Part shown: positions 24,797-36,864 of the stretch, piece after piece
Numbering within the stretch: position 1 is the first letter of the stretch
Layout: each line of letters opens with the position of its first letter
Source of the DNA: Spizellomyces punctatus DAOM BR117
Taxonomy: Eukaryota
Length of the DNA stretch: 64,000 nucleotides
Strand: one strand, 5' to 3'
Assembly (NCBI GenBank): GCA_000182565.2
Contig: KQ257451.1
Position numbers and translations under genes: made by a program
Notes under the pieces: model-generated
Databases searched by the model: none
The model's input: only the letters and a program-made list of their open reading frames with translations
What the model was told of the DNA's origin: nothing

Positions 24797-26536
24797 ATGT
24801 CTGTCACATCCCTCTCGATCGTCTCGCCTACAGACTTTCATGTATTGACAGTCGAGGCGGGCTCTCGTCTCAAGGGTTATGTCAACATTCACTTGTCGAG
24901 CTCTCAAAAGGACATCAATATCACTCTCACACTAACAGGCGCCTACACGGCAACTTGGCCCTCTTCTCCTTCACATCCCTCGGGCTCCGAACAAGGACAT
25001 GTTGTCAAATACTCGGCTGTTGCCTACGACAGCAAACAAAAAGGAACTGGAGGAGTCTTACCAGGAGGCTTCCATCGCATTCCCATTGATATCAATACTG
25101 CGGATCTGAATGGCCTCGATTTACGAGACCTACCTCCTTCCTTTCGCTATGACGCAAAGTGGGGAAAGGATATGCAAGACAACGTTGATGACAAGACACC
25201 TGTGGGCTGCTTTCAATGCGTGTATTCTCTCAAGTGCAACATATCCTGGGCATCTGGATCCAAACTTGTGCGACGCAAGACCAAAGTCTGCCAAGTGGAG
25301 GTATTGGTCATTACGCCCACCAGGTACCGTGCCAAACTCTTGGCATTCCCTTATCCAAGTCTCATTGGCAACACCCTGGCACCTGGTTCACCTCGTCCGG
25401 ATCTATGGGCGACGCCCCATCGGATCGTGGACAAGGGTCTCGTGAGATGGTCTCTGACGGTCCCAAGACGCAGCTGCATGGCCGGAGATGTTCTTAAATG
25501 CATAGTGGGTCTCGGACCTGCACCCCCCAACATGGAAATGGATTGCGTCAAACTGGAACTCTCCGAACGCGCCACCTTTACTTCTCCAAAAGGAGGAACA
25601 GTCGTCGCACTGAGTGGAGCCGGCGAAGGCCTTTTACCTTCTGCCTCTCCCACACGTGTCATTGCCGCCGTTCGCGAGTCTTCTTGGGGTCGCCAGAACG
25701 GCTGTGCAGAAACAGACACGGCCGCCATTCGTACCCTGCCCATCAAAATCCCTTGGGACGCCTCAGCCACCATGGACACGCTGTTTTTCAAAAGTGTCGT
25801 AGTCCTCCGGCTCACCATTCGACTGGTGCACCCTGACGGGTCAACCGAAACATCTACTGTTGTCGAACTCCCGATCCACATTGTCGCCCCCGACATTCGC
25901 ATGGGCCGGCCTTTCCCTCCAATCCTCCCCCACCGAAAGGAGACCACAACCGAGACTGGCATTTCCGATCTCACCGACAGTGCAGTTGACATGGACAAGG
26001 AGGATGATGATGACGACACGTTGTGTACAGATGAACAGGGTGTCAGGTTTGGAGCTATACCCGGCGTTGCACCAGATACGGTCGTGGGAACCTTCAAGGT
26101 CGTCTATCCCTACTTTGCACGAGGCCCCGAAGAACTGAGCGTCCGGACTGGTGACGTCGTTCATGTCAGTAAATCTTTTGCAGACGGTTGGTCGTACTGC
26201 AGCACGACCACCACCACCACACACCCTTCTGGCCTCGTACCCACGCACCATCTCGTCCATTTTTCAATCGAGCCCATCCCACCCCTCCTTGGCTTTACTC
26301 CACCTCGATCGCTTCCTTTCCTGGACGCCCGCTTCCTATGTCGCTGCGAGGACCGCTACCTGCTTTGGATTGAGGCTGTCAAGGAGGGTGTAGGCTTTGT
26401 CGTTCGACCAGAGATGGCTCGTATTCCAGAGCCCTTGCGTCCGTCTAATGATTGGAAAATTGGGGGGCGTGCGCCTGTGAGGGCATGTTCGAGATGTCGG
26501 TGGTTGTGGATGCAAGAGAGAATAGAGAGTGCTTGA
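24797..26536 (+). CDS. Arrestin-fold protein with a C-terminal SH3 domain; apparently single exon
   Basis: Arrestin_N-like LKGYVNIHL...LTLTG...LPPSF...YSLKC; Arrestin_C-like LTVPRRSCMAGD...VKLELSE...IKIP...VELPIHIV; SH3 VVYPYFARGPEELSVRTGDVVHVSKSFADGWS...GLVPTHHL. Confidence 0.72.
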   Translation: MSVTSLSIVSPTDFHVLTVEAGSRLKGYVNIHLSSSQKDINITLTLTGAYTATWPSSPSHPSGSEQGHVVKYSAVAYDSKQKGTGGVLPGGFHRIPIDINTADLNGLDLRDLPPSFRYDAKWGKDMQDNVDDKTPVGCFQCVYSLKCNISWASGSKLVRRKTKVCQVEVLVITPTRYRAKLLAFPYPSLIGNTLAPGSPRPDLWATPHRIVDKGLVRWSLTVPRRSCMAGDVLKCIVGLGPAPPNMEMDCVKLELSERATFTSPKGGTVVALSGAGEGLLPSASPTRVIAAVRESSWGRQNGCAETDTAAIRTLPIKIPWDASATMDTLFFKSVVVLRLTIRLVHPDGSTETSTVVELPIHIVAPDIRMGRPFPPILPHRKETTTETGISDLTDSAVDMDKEDDDDDTLCTDEQGVRFGAIPGVAPDTVVGTFKVVYPYFARGPEELSVRTGDVVHVSKSFADGWSYCSTTTTTTHPSGLVPTHHLVHFSIEPIPPLLGFTPPRSLPFLDARFLCRCEDRYLLWIEAVKEGVGFVVRPEMARIPEPLRPSNDWKIGGRAPVRACSRCRWLWMQERIESA

Positions 26537-27129
26537 GGTACATGTAATTTATTCCGTAGTGTGAATCAACGTTTTGTTGGTATGTAAAAAAAGTGTAGAT
26601 ATGTACTTGAAAGATGTATTGTATGGGTTGTCAAAGTTTTTGGATGTAGCTTTTGATTTGTATTAAACAGTATATATTCCTTGTGAATACGGTTGGCATA
26701 TTGAAGCATCAAGACAAGGCACGGATAATACACATCCACCGTACATACACAAGTTTCCTAATTAAATATCTCCCTCTGGGCGTCAACCGGACTTTTTGCA
26801 TGATGGAGACCGCCCATATTCAAGGAAGGGTGGGGGTGAAGCACTCCGTTGGGGGATGCTTCTTTCAAAATATGGAGAGCATAACTCGTTTCCCCGCCTG
26901 TCAGTTCCGATGATGATGGGACTTGGATCGAAATCACGAATATCTTTGAAAGTTTCCAATAATAGCATACCCAGCATCAACCTGTATGATTTTAATCAGA
27001 CGATTTTTTCCTATTGTTGGTTGGGATAGCGTGTACGACATATCGTTCGCTTCTGCGGGTGCTGTAAATGCGGAACAAATACATTCGTTTTTTCTCACCC
27101 GCCATCACCGGCCGAGCACGGTTTCCAGC

Positions 27130-29521
27130 ATGCTAGCGCGTAAAAAGGTTCTTGGCGATTATCAAGTAGGAAAAACCATTGGTCAGGGGGCGTTCTCAAA
27201 GGTCAAGCTTGGCTTTCACAAGGAAACTGGCCAGAAAGTTGCCATCAAAATCATTGACAAGAAGCAGGCGGCGGCCAAAGCTGAGAAGGCTAAAAAGGCG
27301 CAAGATGACATTGATCGGAAGCAAAAGGCGGAGGAGGCACGGCGCCCCACCAGTAGAGCAGAGAGGCCAAAGGAGCGACAACGGGTCCCGGACCCGAGAG
27401 GAGAACCTATTGACGAAACGGGGTCTTCTCCGGATACAGGTCGGGTAGGAGAGACGGATGATGGCAGTCTGGCCGAGGAGGCAAAAACCCCACCACCGTT
27501 TGTATCACAGCTGCAGTTGGAAGTCCAGTTGCTGATGCGACTTGACCATCCCAATGTCATCCGGCTGTACCAAGTTATGGAAACAGAGGAGGAATGCTTT
27601 GTTGTCATGTAAGTCGCTACTTGTCGAACGACACCGATACCATTTCGGCATAACCAACTTGTCGTACAGGGAATATGCTCAAGGAGGGGAACTGATCGAA
27701 TACATTGCCCCGCGGGGACACTTGTCGGAAAAAGAAGCACGACGGTACTTTCGCCAGATTGTATCGGCAATGGATCACTGCCATATGGCAAATGTCGTTC
27801 ACCGAGATTTAAAACTGGAAAACCTACTTCTCAATGGGGAACGCAACATTCTGATATCTGATTTTGGGCTCGGAAGGACTTTCCGATCGGACTCTGAAGA
27901 ATTAATGAAAACTTTCTGTGGGACTCCAAACTACGCAGCCGTGGAGCTTATATCTGGAATTCCCTATGTCGGTGTGAAATCAGATATATGGGCCATGGGG
28001 GTTGTGCTGTATGTGATGATGACAGGAAGGCCCCCATTCATAGGTGAAAACATTTCCGCCCTCTACAGCAAAATCAAAGCAGTGGACTACAAATGCCCAG
28101 ATTATTTTTCACAAGGGTTGCGAAACCTGTTGGCAAAGATATTGGTCAAGGATCCGAAACGACGTATTGACATGGATGGCATACGGGAGGATCCATGGAT
28201 CAATTACGAAGAGATTGAGCGTCCCATGCGTCTCCTGCCAAAAGTGATGGGAAGCGCAGATGCGTCCCAAATCAGTCAGTTTATATCCGGCATCACATAC
28301 GACCAGACCTTTGTGATTTACACCTTCCGCCGTCATACCCGAGATGGAACCAGTGTGTACGGGGCAAATGGACACGCCAACATCACTCAAGCTCAAAAGC
28401 GGGAACTTAAACGAAGAAAGAGTTTGACTGTCCAGATGGCACCAAATGGCGGATCGGGTACCAAGGTCTCTCCTACCTCCGCCATCGCACAATCCGCTGT
28501 TCCCGAAGAGGACAACGGGGATAACTTGGCTGAACTTCCTGGATACACTTCTCCTCCTGCTGCTCCTGCACGTATGCGTACTCTTCCCGCACTTCGCAAT
28601 CGCCGAATGTCGTTGGATTCCGCACCTCCACCTGGCGCACCGCCACAAGGCGACATGGCAATGAGCAGAGAAGGACCGGATGCAGCGTCGAACTTTACAG
28701 GGTTCCCTCGTCGCCAGCGGCGGAATACGGCAACAGCGATCCTGCAACCTGGAGATGGTCAAGAATCTGGCTCTCCAGAGCTAACTTCCAGCAGGGCGCG
28801 CTCAGTCTCTGCCACCCCTGAAGGTGGATTCGCAGCCTCTCGAAACAAACGTCGGGGCTCAATAGGCGTGCCCGGCATACCTGATCGGGAAAGCAACATT
28901 ATGCGGCGCATGTCGATGGTGGGTCCCGCAGGGGAGACGGAGGGTAGTGAGCCACAGTCTACATTTACCCCTCCCCGTCGAGCGTCCTTCCTATCACCCG
29001 TTCAGTCTTCGCCGCAGAGTACTCTTCGCAGCCCCCGTACATCATCTGCGGACGATCCTGACCCGATGCTCTTCAACGATCCCATATCTCCCGTCAATTT
29101 TCCAGTCGAGTCAGATGATGAAGAGCAGGATGTGACAACTGTGGAGCCATCAAGAAAGGAAATCGAAGACTGGCATCTCCTTCATCGACCACCCAAAACC
29201 ATTCGCACTGTTCGCTTTGCGTTTCACTCTGCGACAACATCCACCCAAGCACCTTCTGCTATCTTTCAAGAAGTCCATCGTGTTCTACTGCTCATTCGTA
29301 GACATCACGACGAAAGACTGACGTTTACTCGCGTTGAAGACTTTTACATGCTCAATTGCAAATTAACTGAACCGAATCCGGATGATAACGTTGAGTTTGA
29401 GATTGAGGTGTGCAAAGTGTGGCTACTGAAGATGCACGGTGTTAGGATCAAGAGGTTGTCGGGGAACCCATTTATATTCAAGGAGATCTATTCCAATTTT
29501 GTTGCTATGCTCCAGCTGTAG
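27130..29521 (+). CDS. Kin1/MARK-like Ser/Thr kinase (AMPK-related) with C-terminal KA1 domain; intron 27609-27669
   Basis: GQGAFSKV, VAIK, HRDLKLEN, DFG, TFCGTPNYA, DIWAMG; C-terminal FEIEVCKVWLLKMHGVRIKRLSGNPFIFKEI...LQL* (KA1). Confidence 0.92.
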
Positions 29522-30143
29522 TGTAAAGTCTAATTCTGATTTCCTATATAACCATATCTTGTTGTGCAACAGTGCAACAATCAATACCTCCTTTTAGCGA
29601 ATCTTTACAGAGATTTCAATTTCACTATCAGCGTAGGGAATGCATGTAATCTCACTTTTGCAGCGTTGTGGATATCTCACTACACTCCGCAATGCTAATT
29701 TGATGGTGATGTATTACGGAAGAGTTAGAAGCCTATTGCAGAGTGTGGTCTGCCTGCATAGGTTGAAGGATCGACTATTAGATGTACCCCAAAAACAAGT
29801 GGTCGCACCCCCCATTGCGCTTGTCTCGGCTGCCGGCTTGCCGCAACATTCTGATTTAATAAGCACAGACTTTAGTCGTTGCTCAGGTTTCTGGTTTATC
29901 TTGTCAGTTATTGCCAAGCTGCTTGCCAAGACTGTGTTGGCAATCTGGATGCATGCGTTCTGCTTACATCATGAAATCAAGCGCAACTCCGACAACCAAA
30001 AATACACGACACCAAAATAAATAGAATCCCCTGATCGAACAGACGTCATGCTCCCCTCAGTTCTATAATTAGTTAAATGCTCTCGGACGTCTTCCCGTCA
30101 AGATCTCTCGTCGACACTGCGATACTTCTCATCGTTACGAAAA

Positions 30144-32451
30144 ATGGCACCCAAGAGGCAAGGATTGCCTGAACTTCCTCCAAAGCAGCTAGAGCAGGAG
30201 ATAGAGACTGTCAAAGCGCTGTCGAGTCCTACTCCTCAAAGAGTTTTGGTAGCTGTCAGAGGTAAGGTCATCGGGTACAGTAGCTCTACTCTCTATCGGG
30301 ATATTAAAAAGTTTGTTCGTTCAGTCCGACCTCCTGTCATTGAGCGTAAGAATGCCCAAAAGTTTGACAAACCCCTCGGTTACGACCCGACCGCCACATG
30401 CGTTTCATATAACTTGAATAACTCGGCGGTTACTATTGCATGGCCATCGGACGCTGGACCACCACGCGGGCAATCGCCTGCGGGCGGAGCCAGCAAAACG
30501 GCGCCTAAAGAATTTAACTTTGATTCAGTGCTGGGATATGAAGAAGGGCAGAGTTCGGTATACGAGAAAGTGGTCGAGGTACAGTGCAATGCAAGCTATC
30601 CGCTTTCATCAGTCCTTTCTTTGACAATTGCCATGCTTCACACCAGCCATTGATCAGGAAGTGTCTCGAAGGTTACAACGGATGCGTCTTTTGTTATGTG
30701 AGTCCTGTATTGATGCCTTGAGCGCCAGCTCAGTTTAGCGTACGTGGTCCTCATTAGGATATATCTTCCAGGGTCAAACTGCCAGGTAATTACGACACCA
30801 ACGGCGCAATACCCATCCTGTTTCTCATCTGCAGTTTGCCGAAATGCTGTTAGTGGTAAAACGTACACAATGGAGGGCCCAAAACGAGGAACATCCATGG
30901 AGATTCCTACGGATGCATCCGATAAAGACACGGGCATCATATTACGTGTTGCGGCGCAAATCACAAAGCACATTGCCGAAGCCAAGACCAAAAAGCCTGA
31001 ACTCGAGTACTTTGTTAAAGCTAGCTACCTCGAGATATACCAAGAGGCGTTAACGGACTTGCTTGTAGGTCGTGATGAACAGGGTATGATATCGGGCAAT
31101 GCAAGTTATTCATGACTACATACGCAACTCAATGTCGTTGTAGGAGAACTACGAATACGTCAGGACCCAGAATCAACAACTGGCCGAGAACTTTACATCT
31201 CTGGTATTACAGAGCGTTCAGTCAGCTCCATCCAGGACTATGTCAAAGTTCTACAAATGGGTGGGCGGCACCGAACCGTAGGCGAGACAAATATGAATGA
31301 GGCAAGTACAGGATGCTATTACACCCAGAGATAAACAATTACAGAAATATGGGAACCTGTATCTCTTATGTCTTTCATTTTCTATGTAGGCATCTAGTCG
31401 CTCTCACGCAGTATTGACATTCACAATTGAAGAGCGAAGGAAACCATCTGAGGGGATGTCAGCAGAGGAAGCCGAGATGCTCGCTAAACATGGCCGCAAA
31501 CGCAGTAAAATCCATCTCATCGATTTAGCTGGTCAGGTCAACATTCCTTCCCTCACAATCCACATTTGCAATTGTTGTATTTGCAAAATAGTCCCTTTCT
31601 CATTATCCTCTGTTTGTGTGCAGGTTCGGAACGCGCCAACGCAACAGGTGCAACCGGTGATCGTCTGAAAGAAGGTTCAGCCATCAACCAATCTCTGTCG
31701 TCTCTTGGGAATGTAATCAATGCCCTAACCACCGGTGCAAGACATGTACCATACCGGGATTCAAAGTTGACCTATCTCCTTAGCGACAGGTGAGAGAGAG
31801 ATACTGCATGTCTGGCACGGCCCTCTTCCTAACTCGCGCACCCTTACTAGCTTGGGAGGTAACTCGTTGACATTGATGATCACTTGCATTACCCCAACGC
31901 TTGCGAATCATGATGAATCCCTTTCAACGCTTCGTTTTGCCGAGTAAGTGCCCTGCTTGTGATGGCATTGGTGATGACAACCATCCTCATGTTCATCTCT
32001 CTGCAGACGTGTCAAGAAGGTCCGCAATGTCGCCAAGGTCAACGTCGATGCAACCATGATGCGTATAATGCAAATGGAAGCCGAAATTCGTGAATTACGC
32101 GAAATCCTCTCCAAGTGCACTTGCGGCGGTAAGGTCAAACAGGCAAAGTGCTCGGACGCGTCGACGTCATCTGATTCCCTACACCTGCTAGCACGCCGGG
32201 CAGCGCAGGATGCGTGGACAATGGCTGGAGGTGCAGCTGGTAAAGATGCCTCGACGAGCATGAGCATGAAGCTGCCATGGTGGAAACGTATCTGGAAACA
32301 GTGTACGGTGTGTGTGCCTTCAAAAACCACATCAGAGAAAATGTGGCCAAATGGCAGGGTCGCGCCGGTCAACGTTGCTCGCAGTATGCCAATGACCGAG
32401 ACTGCAGAAACGGTTCTAAAGAGTGTTAAGGGAAAGTTGACGTTTGCTTGA
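30144..32451 (+). CDS. Kinesin motor protein with very short tail (kinesin-3-like motifs, subfamily uncertain); about 9 exons
   Basis: [93 protein letters not shown]. Confidence 0.9.
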
Positions 32452-32657
32452 CACGCTTTATTATTTACTTTCAAAAGCTAGCCATGAGGTGGATGTGTTG
32501 TTGATATTAGTGCTTTTTGTACTTAATGTAATGCTATCTTACGTTTCCGACCCCAGGATGGCCTTAAGGTGGTTTGTGAGATATGAAGGGATGTTCTGCT
32601 CTAATTTATACAAGTGCCAACGATCTATAAACTATTTATCAGAGTTAATCAATTCAA

Positions 32658-35591
32658 CTACTTTTTACCGCGTATTTCTTTGCCATTACGCTTGATGTCC
32701 TGGGCGGCAGTTGTTCGTCGGTGTGTGGGCAGCTTTGTGTCGGTTTCTAGATAGGACGCTTAAGTAGCCTGTGTAGAAAGTCTAAATGTAGAGTTACTTA
32801 CCAGCCGTGTCAATGAGTACATCTGGCAAGGTACTATCTACGTTGCTGGTCAAGTACAAGCCAGATATTCCCTTTGGCACTAATGGCTGTGCCAGTAGCG
32901 ACGAAAGCTCTGCTTTTAGCGACTGCAACTTGGCTTTCCTGCGTGCTTCCTCAGCGTCCGTTGATGCATTCCCCTTGTCCGTCGCGCTTTTGGTGTCCAG
33001 GCTATGGAGAAGGAGATTTAGAGCCCGCCGTCATAGCACTGAAAACAAGTGACCAAAACTTACAAGTCTTCATCCAGTTCGATATCAGCTTCCTCAGCGG
33101 CTTTCTTGAACCAGTTCTTTTCGTGTTGCGTCTGTGAAGCAAAAAGCACGAGAATAAGTAAGGCCATTCTGATGGGACTTTGCAATCTCTGGCCAACCTT
33201 CTGCTTCCTATGTTCGAGTTCATCAATCTGTTTAGCTAACGCCATGCGCTGCTTTATTCCAGTCAAAAGGGATCTGTCTAGTGGAAACTCGGGGATACCA
33301 TCTTCTGCTCAGAAGCGAGGTCACCTTTGGAGGCTTCAATCAGGTATCACAGCATTATGACATACCTTTTCCAAGAATATGACAAATCCTTTTGTAGACG
33401 GGTACCTCTTGCGGTGAGCACAGCATAACACTTATACCATCTGAAGCAGCACGTGCCGTACGTCCTGAACGATGGACGTAAAGATCCGCAGTGCGAGGTA
33501 GTTGATAGTGCACAACGTGTTCAATGTTTGGTATATCCAAACCGCGTGCCGCAACGTCACTTGCCACAAGAACAGCATCTTTCGACTCGCGGAATCTACA
33601 CCGCAAGTTAGAGTTGGGAAGTGACACCAATTGTGTAGAGAGCAACTTTACCTGTCCAAATTCTTTAATCGCTGCCTTTGTTGCATTTCAGCGTGCAGAG
33701 GTAACGCCTTGACTTTCATATGGGAGAGCACCGGTACTAACCGCCTAATGGCATCAATACTGTTCACAAAAACAATGGTACGTCCAGGATAGCGAGTCAA
33801 AATATAATACAGAAAAGCATCCTGCTCATACGATAAGTTTAGCTAACGTGAATCAAAACACGAAGCATTTACAGCGAAACCTTTTCCGTATGCAAGCAGT
33901 CAATTCGAGTCTCAAGTAGCTTGTCTGCTGTCACACTTTCCGGCAAAACGTTGACATAACAGGGTTCGGGATCTTGGAATTCCAGCCTATCCAGTAGATC
34001 GTCTGAATGCACGGATGTCATTTTAGTTTCTGAGTTGTTTGTACCGGAGGGTCCAGTAAAACTCACCCATTGAAGGTACATGTGAGCTTTGTTTCTTTGA
34101 GCCTTTCTTGAGCTTCTGTTTCAACCGGCCGTCATGTACTAGAGTAGCTGAAAAAATGAAGGTTCGCCGTTCTATTGTGGATTGCTTGGCACTGCAAGGA
34201 TATTAGCTGTCATTTCAACGGATTACGACGACATCAAGAGTCCTGTTGCTTACCGATGTTTCACGGATACAGCCTTCAATATATTATCAAGCTCCCTGAA
34301 ATGGCCGCGCTCAAGCATCCGATCTGCCTCATCTATGGCCAGATATTTGATCCCTCGTAACCTTGCAAGCAAGGCGGCATCCTATAGGCGGGAGGCTGTT
34401 GAGTACCTATCTGTAGTTCCATTCACAGCCACTAATATTCTGACCTCAGATACAAGTTCCCAAAGACGACCTGGCGTACCAATGATGATGTCCGGTTTCG
34501 TAGAGATAAGTCGCTTCTGCTTTGGGACAGAAATCCCTCCAACGATAGGGACGATCTGAAGCATTCCTATCAGAACAACAGCGGGCACCGGTTTCAGCAG
34601 CCACAGGACAGGATCGCACCTTTGCTTTCATAAACCTAGCAACCTGCTTCAAATGTTCGGTCACCTGCAGAGCTAGCTCCCTAGTTGGAGTTAAGATCAA
34701 CGCATGCAGTCCCGGATCTTTCGCGGTAGTAGTCCTAAGAGCGATGGACTGAAGTATCGGAAGTCCAAACGCCAAAGTCTTGCCAGATCCTGTCTGCGCG
34801 GCTCCAATAACATCGCGTTTCCCATCAAGTACCAAGGGAAGTGTACTTTGCTGGATTTCCGTAGGAGTACAGAACTTTAGAGCGGCCAACCCTTGAACCA
34901 AAACAGGAGCGAGGCCCATCGCTTCCCAGGCAGACATGTCCTGCCCAACGTCAGCAGGTTCGATCGATATCGACGATTTTGATCCTGTTTCGCGCACTTC
35001 ATTTTCAGAAGCAATCTCCTCTGCGGCTGTTTCCGCATGCGTGTCCATGACCTCCGCCGCATCTGCGGCATCATCCTCCGCCTCATCCTCCATTGTATCG
35101 GCTCCTTCAGCAAAATCATCGATACTGATAAATCCTTCCATCTCGGACGGAGTCGGTGGGACATCTGGCCGTGCCGGCTTTCCTTGCGCCTTTAACTCCT
35201 TAACTTTCTGTAATTTCACCCAATTTAGTTGTCCAGGCCCATCGCTAGGCATCACCGGCTATAAATCTTTACCAACCTTGAACTTGATAACCTTCCCACC
35301 ACCCGCACCAGTCTCATATTCCACATCAACCCCATCAATCTCCTCTAGGCAAAGAAAACCTCCTGGTCCTTGATTATCACCCATCAAAAATCCTTCATGA
35401 GTATGCACTTCCGACCAGGGAATGGCGTTGAACTCCACTGGAAGGCTCTCCACCGCAGTGAGTGCTGTTCCCCCATTTCCGCGACGTCTCTTCTCCTTTC
35501 GTTGCTGTTTTTTGTTTTTAGAAGCTGGTTCATGGAGGGTTGACCCACCGTCAGTTGCTGAAACCTCCCGTTTTCGTTTTCGTTCAGTCAT
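32658..35591 (-). CDS. MAK5: DEAD-box RNA helicase Mak5/DDX24 (60S biogenesis); multi-exon
   Basis: [14 protein letters not shown]-terminal motif, [83 protein letters not shown]. Confidence 0.92.
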
Positions 35592-36230
35592 CTTCTTAGT
35601 TCGGCCCTGGTTCACCTTCGCGGAGCTGAGATTTTTTCCATTGACATGGTTGCCCGATACAGATGGAGCCTGACTGTTGAGGACAGTAACCTCTTGCGTT
35701 TTTGTGTCCCGCACTGTCCACATACTGCGAGGATCTCTAGGTGAGTTAATGAGGACATGAAAACGTCGGAGAGTTGAAAACAGTTCTGCACCTGTATCAC
35801 GTGACCATTCTTTTGACTCATTCAACACTGCGTTAATTCACCGAGGACACATTTGCATCCTAGATCACCATAGATTGCCATCTGGGTTTCTGTCCAAAGA
35901 TAAGAGGTAAGGATTGTAGAGGAAGGGGACATGGCGCAGGCTGCGAGGAGGATGTTACAGGTACTTCTTGATGCCACCTACGGCAGACCATGTGGGTTGA
36001 GGTCGAGCTATTCTCTTCCTTGGAACGATGAGTTGCTCCTGTAGGCCTGCATAGGTTTGTCGGCTGCTGGCTACATGAAGAAGCATTTTGTGGATTACTG
36101 AGCAGTTGCTGGGACCAAATTCTAGCTGAAGCCGCTTGTGGTCATATTAGGCTAAACGAAACTTAACAGATCACTCCACCTTGGCCGCCCAAACAAACAC
36201 CCTTTCACCTTCCCCCGTCTTACACAAATC

Positions 36231-36538
36231 ATGACAAGTCTAAGTCCCGACTGTAACGAATTGAAGAAGCAATATGATGACTGCTTTAACAAGTGGTATG
36301 CAAATAAATTCTTGCAAGGAGACACAACGCCAGAGTGTGAAGACCTCTTTAAACTATATCGGGCATGTATCTGGGTGAGTGAATTTGTCTTATTTCGTAA
36401 AGCAAAAGTATTGTCACCGACCAGTCTCGTGTGATGTAGAGAGCAATAAAAGAGAAGAACCTAGATCAACTTATCAGCGACGCACGGAAGGAGAAACCAT
36501 TTTCGGGGCCTGAGGACACACGAACGGGTGAAACATAG
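36231..36538 (+). CDS. MDM35: Mitochondrial IMS twin-Cys protein Mdm35/TRIAP1; intron 36375-36439
   Basis: MTSLSPDCNELKKQYDDCFNKWYANKFLQG...CEDLFKLYRACIW/RAIKEK. Confidence 0.95.
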
Positions 36539-36864
36539 TATATATTCATGTCGAATTGGTTTACTTCTGCATTTTGTATAATACATCTATCACTGCGATT
36601 CTCCCTGTTGAGATCAAATGGATGCTTCTACTAAATTGCGACGAATGTCCCCTGCCTATGACATTGTTCCGTACTCAAAGCTGAGGATTGCGACTGCCGA
36701 GTCTCCAAAATTGCATTGGTATCTATTATCTATCATCTGTACAGTTGACAAATCATTCTAACGCACAATTAATGAAGCAAATAATGCACCGTATACAGTC
36801 ATATAACCATCCAGCCGTTCCATGCACAAGCCAATCTACATAGCCCACAAAACAATGGCCTTTA

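Noticed and set aside
35931-36044. 37-codon ORF MAQAARRMLQ... between MAK5 and MDM35
   Set aside because: Too short and featureless to support
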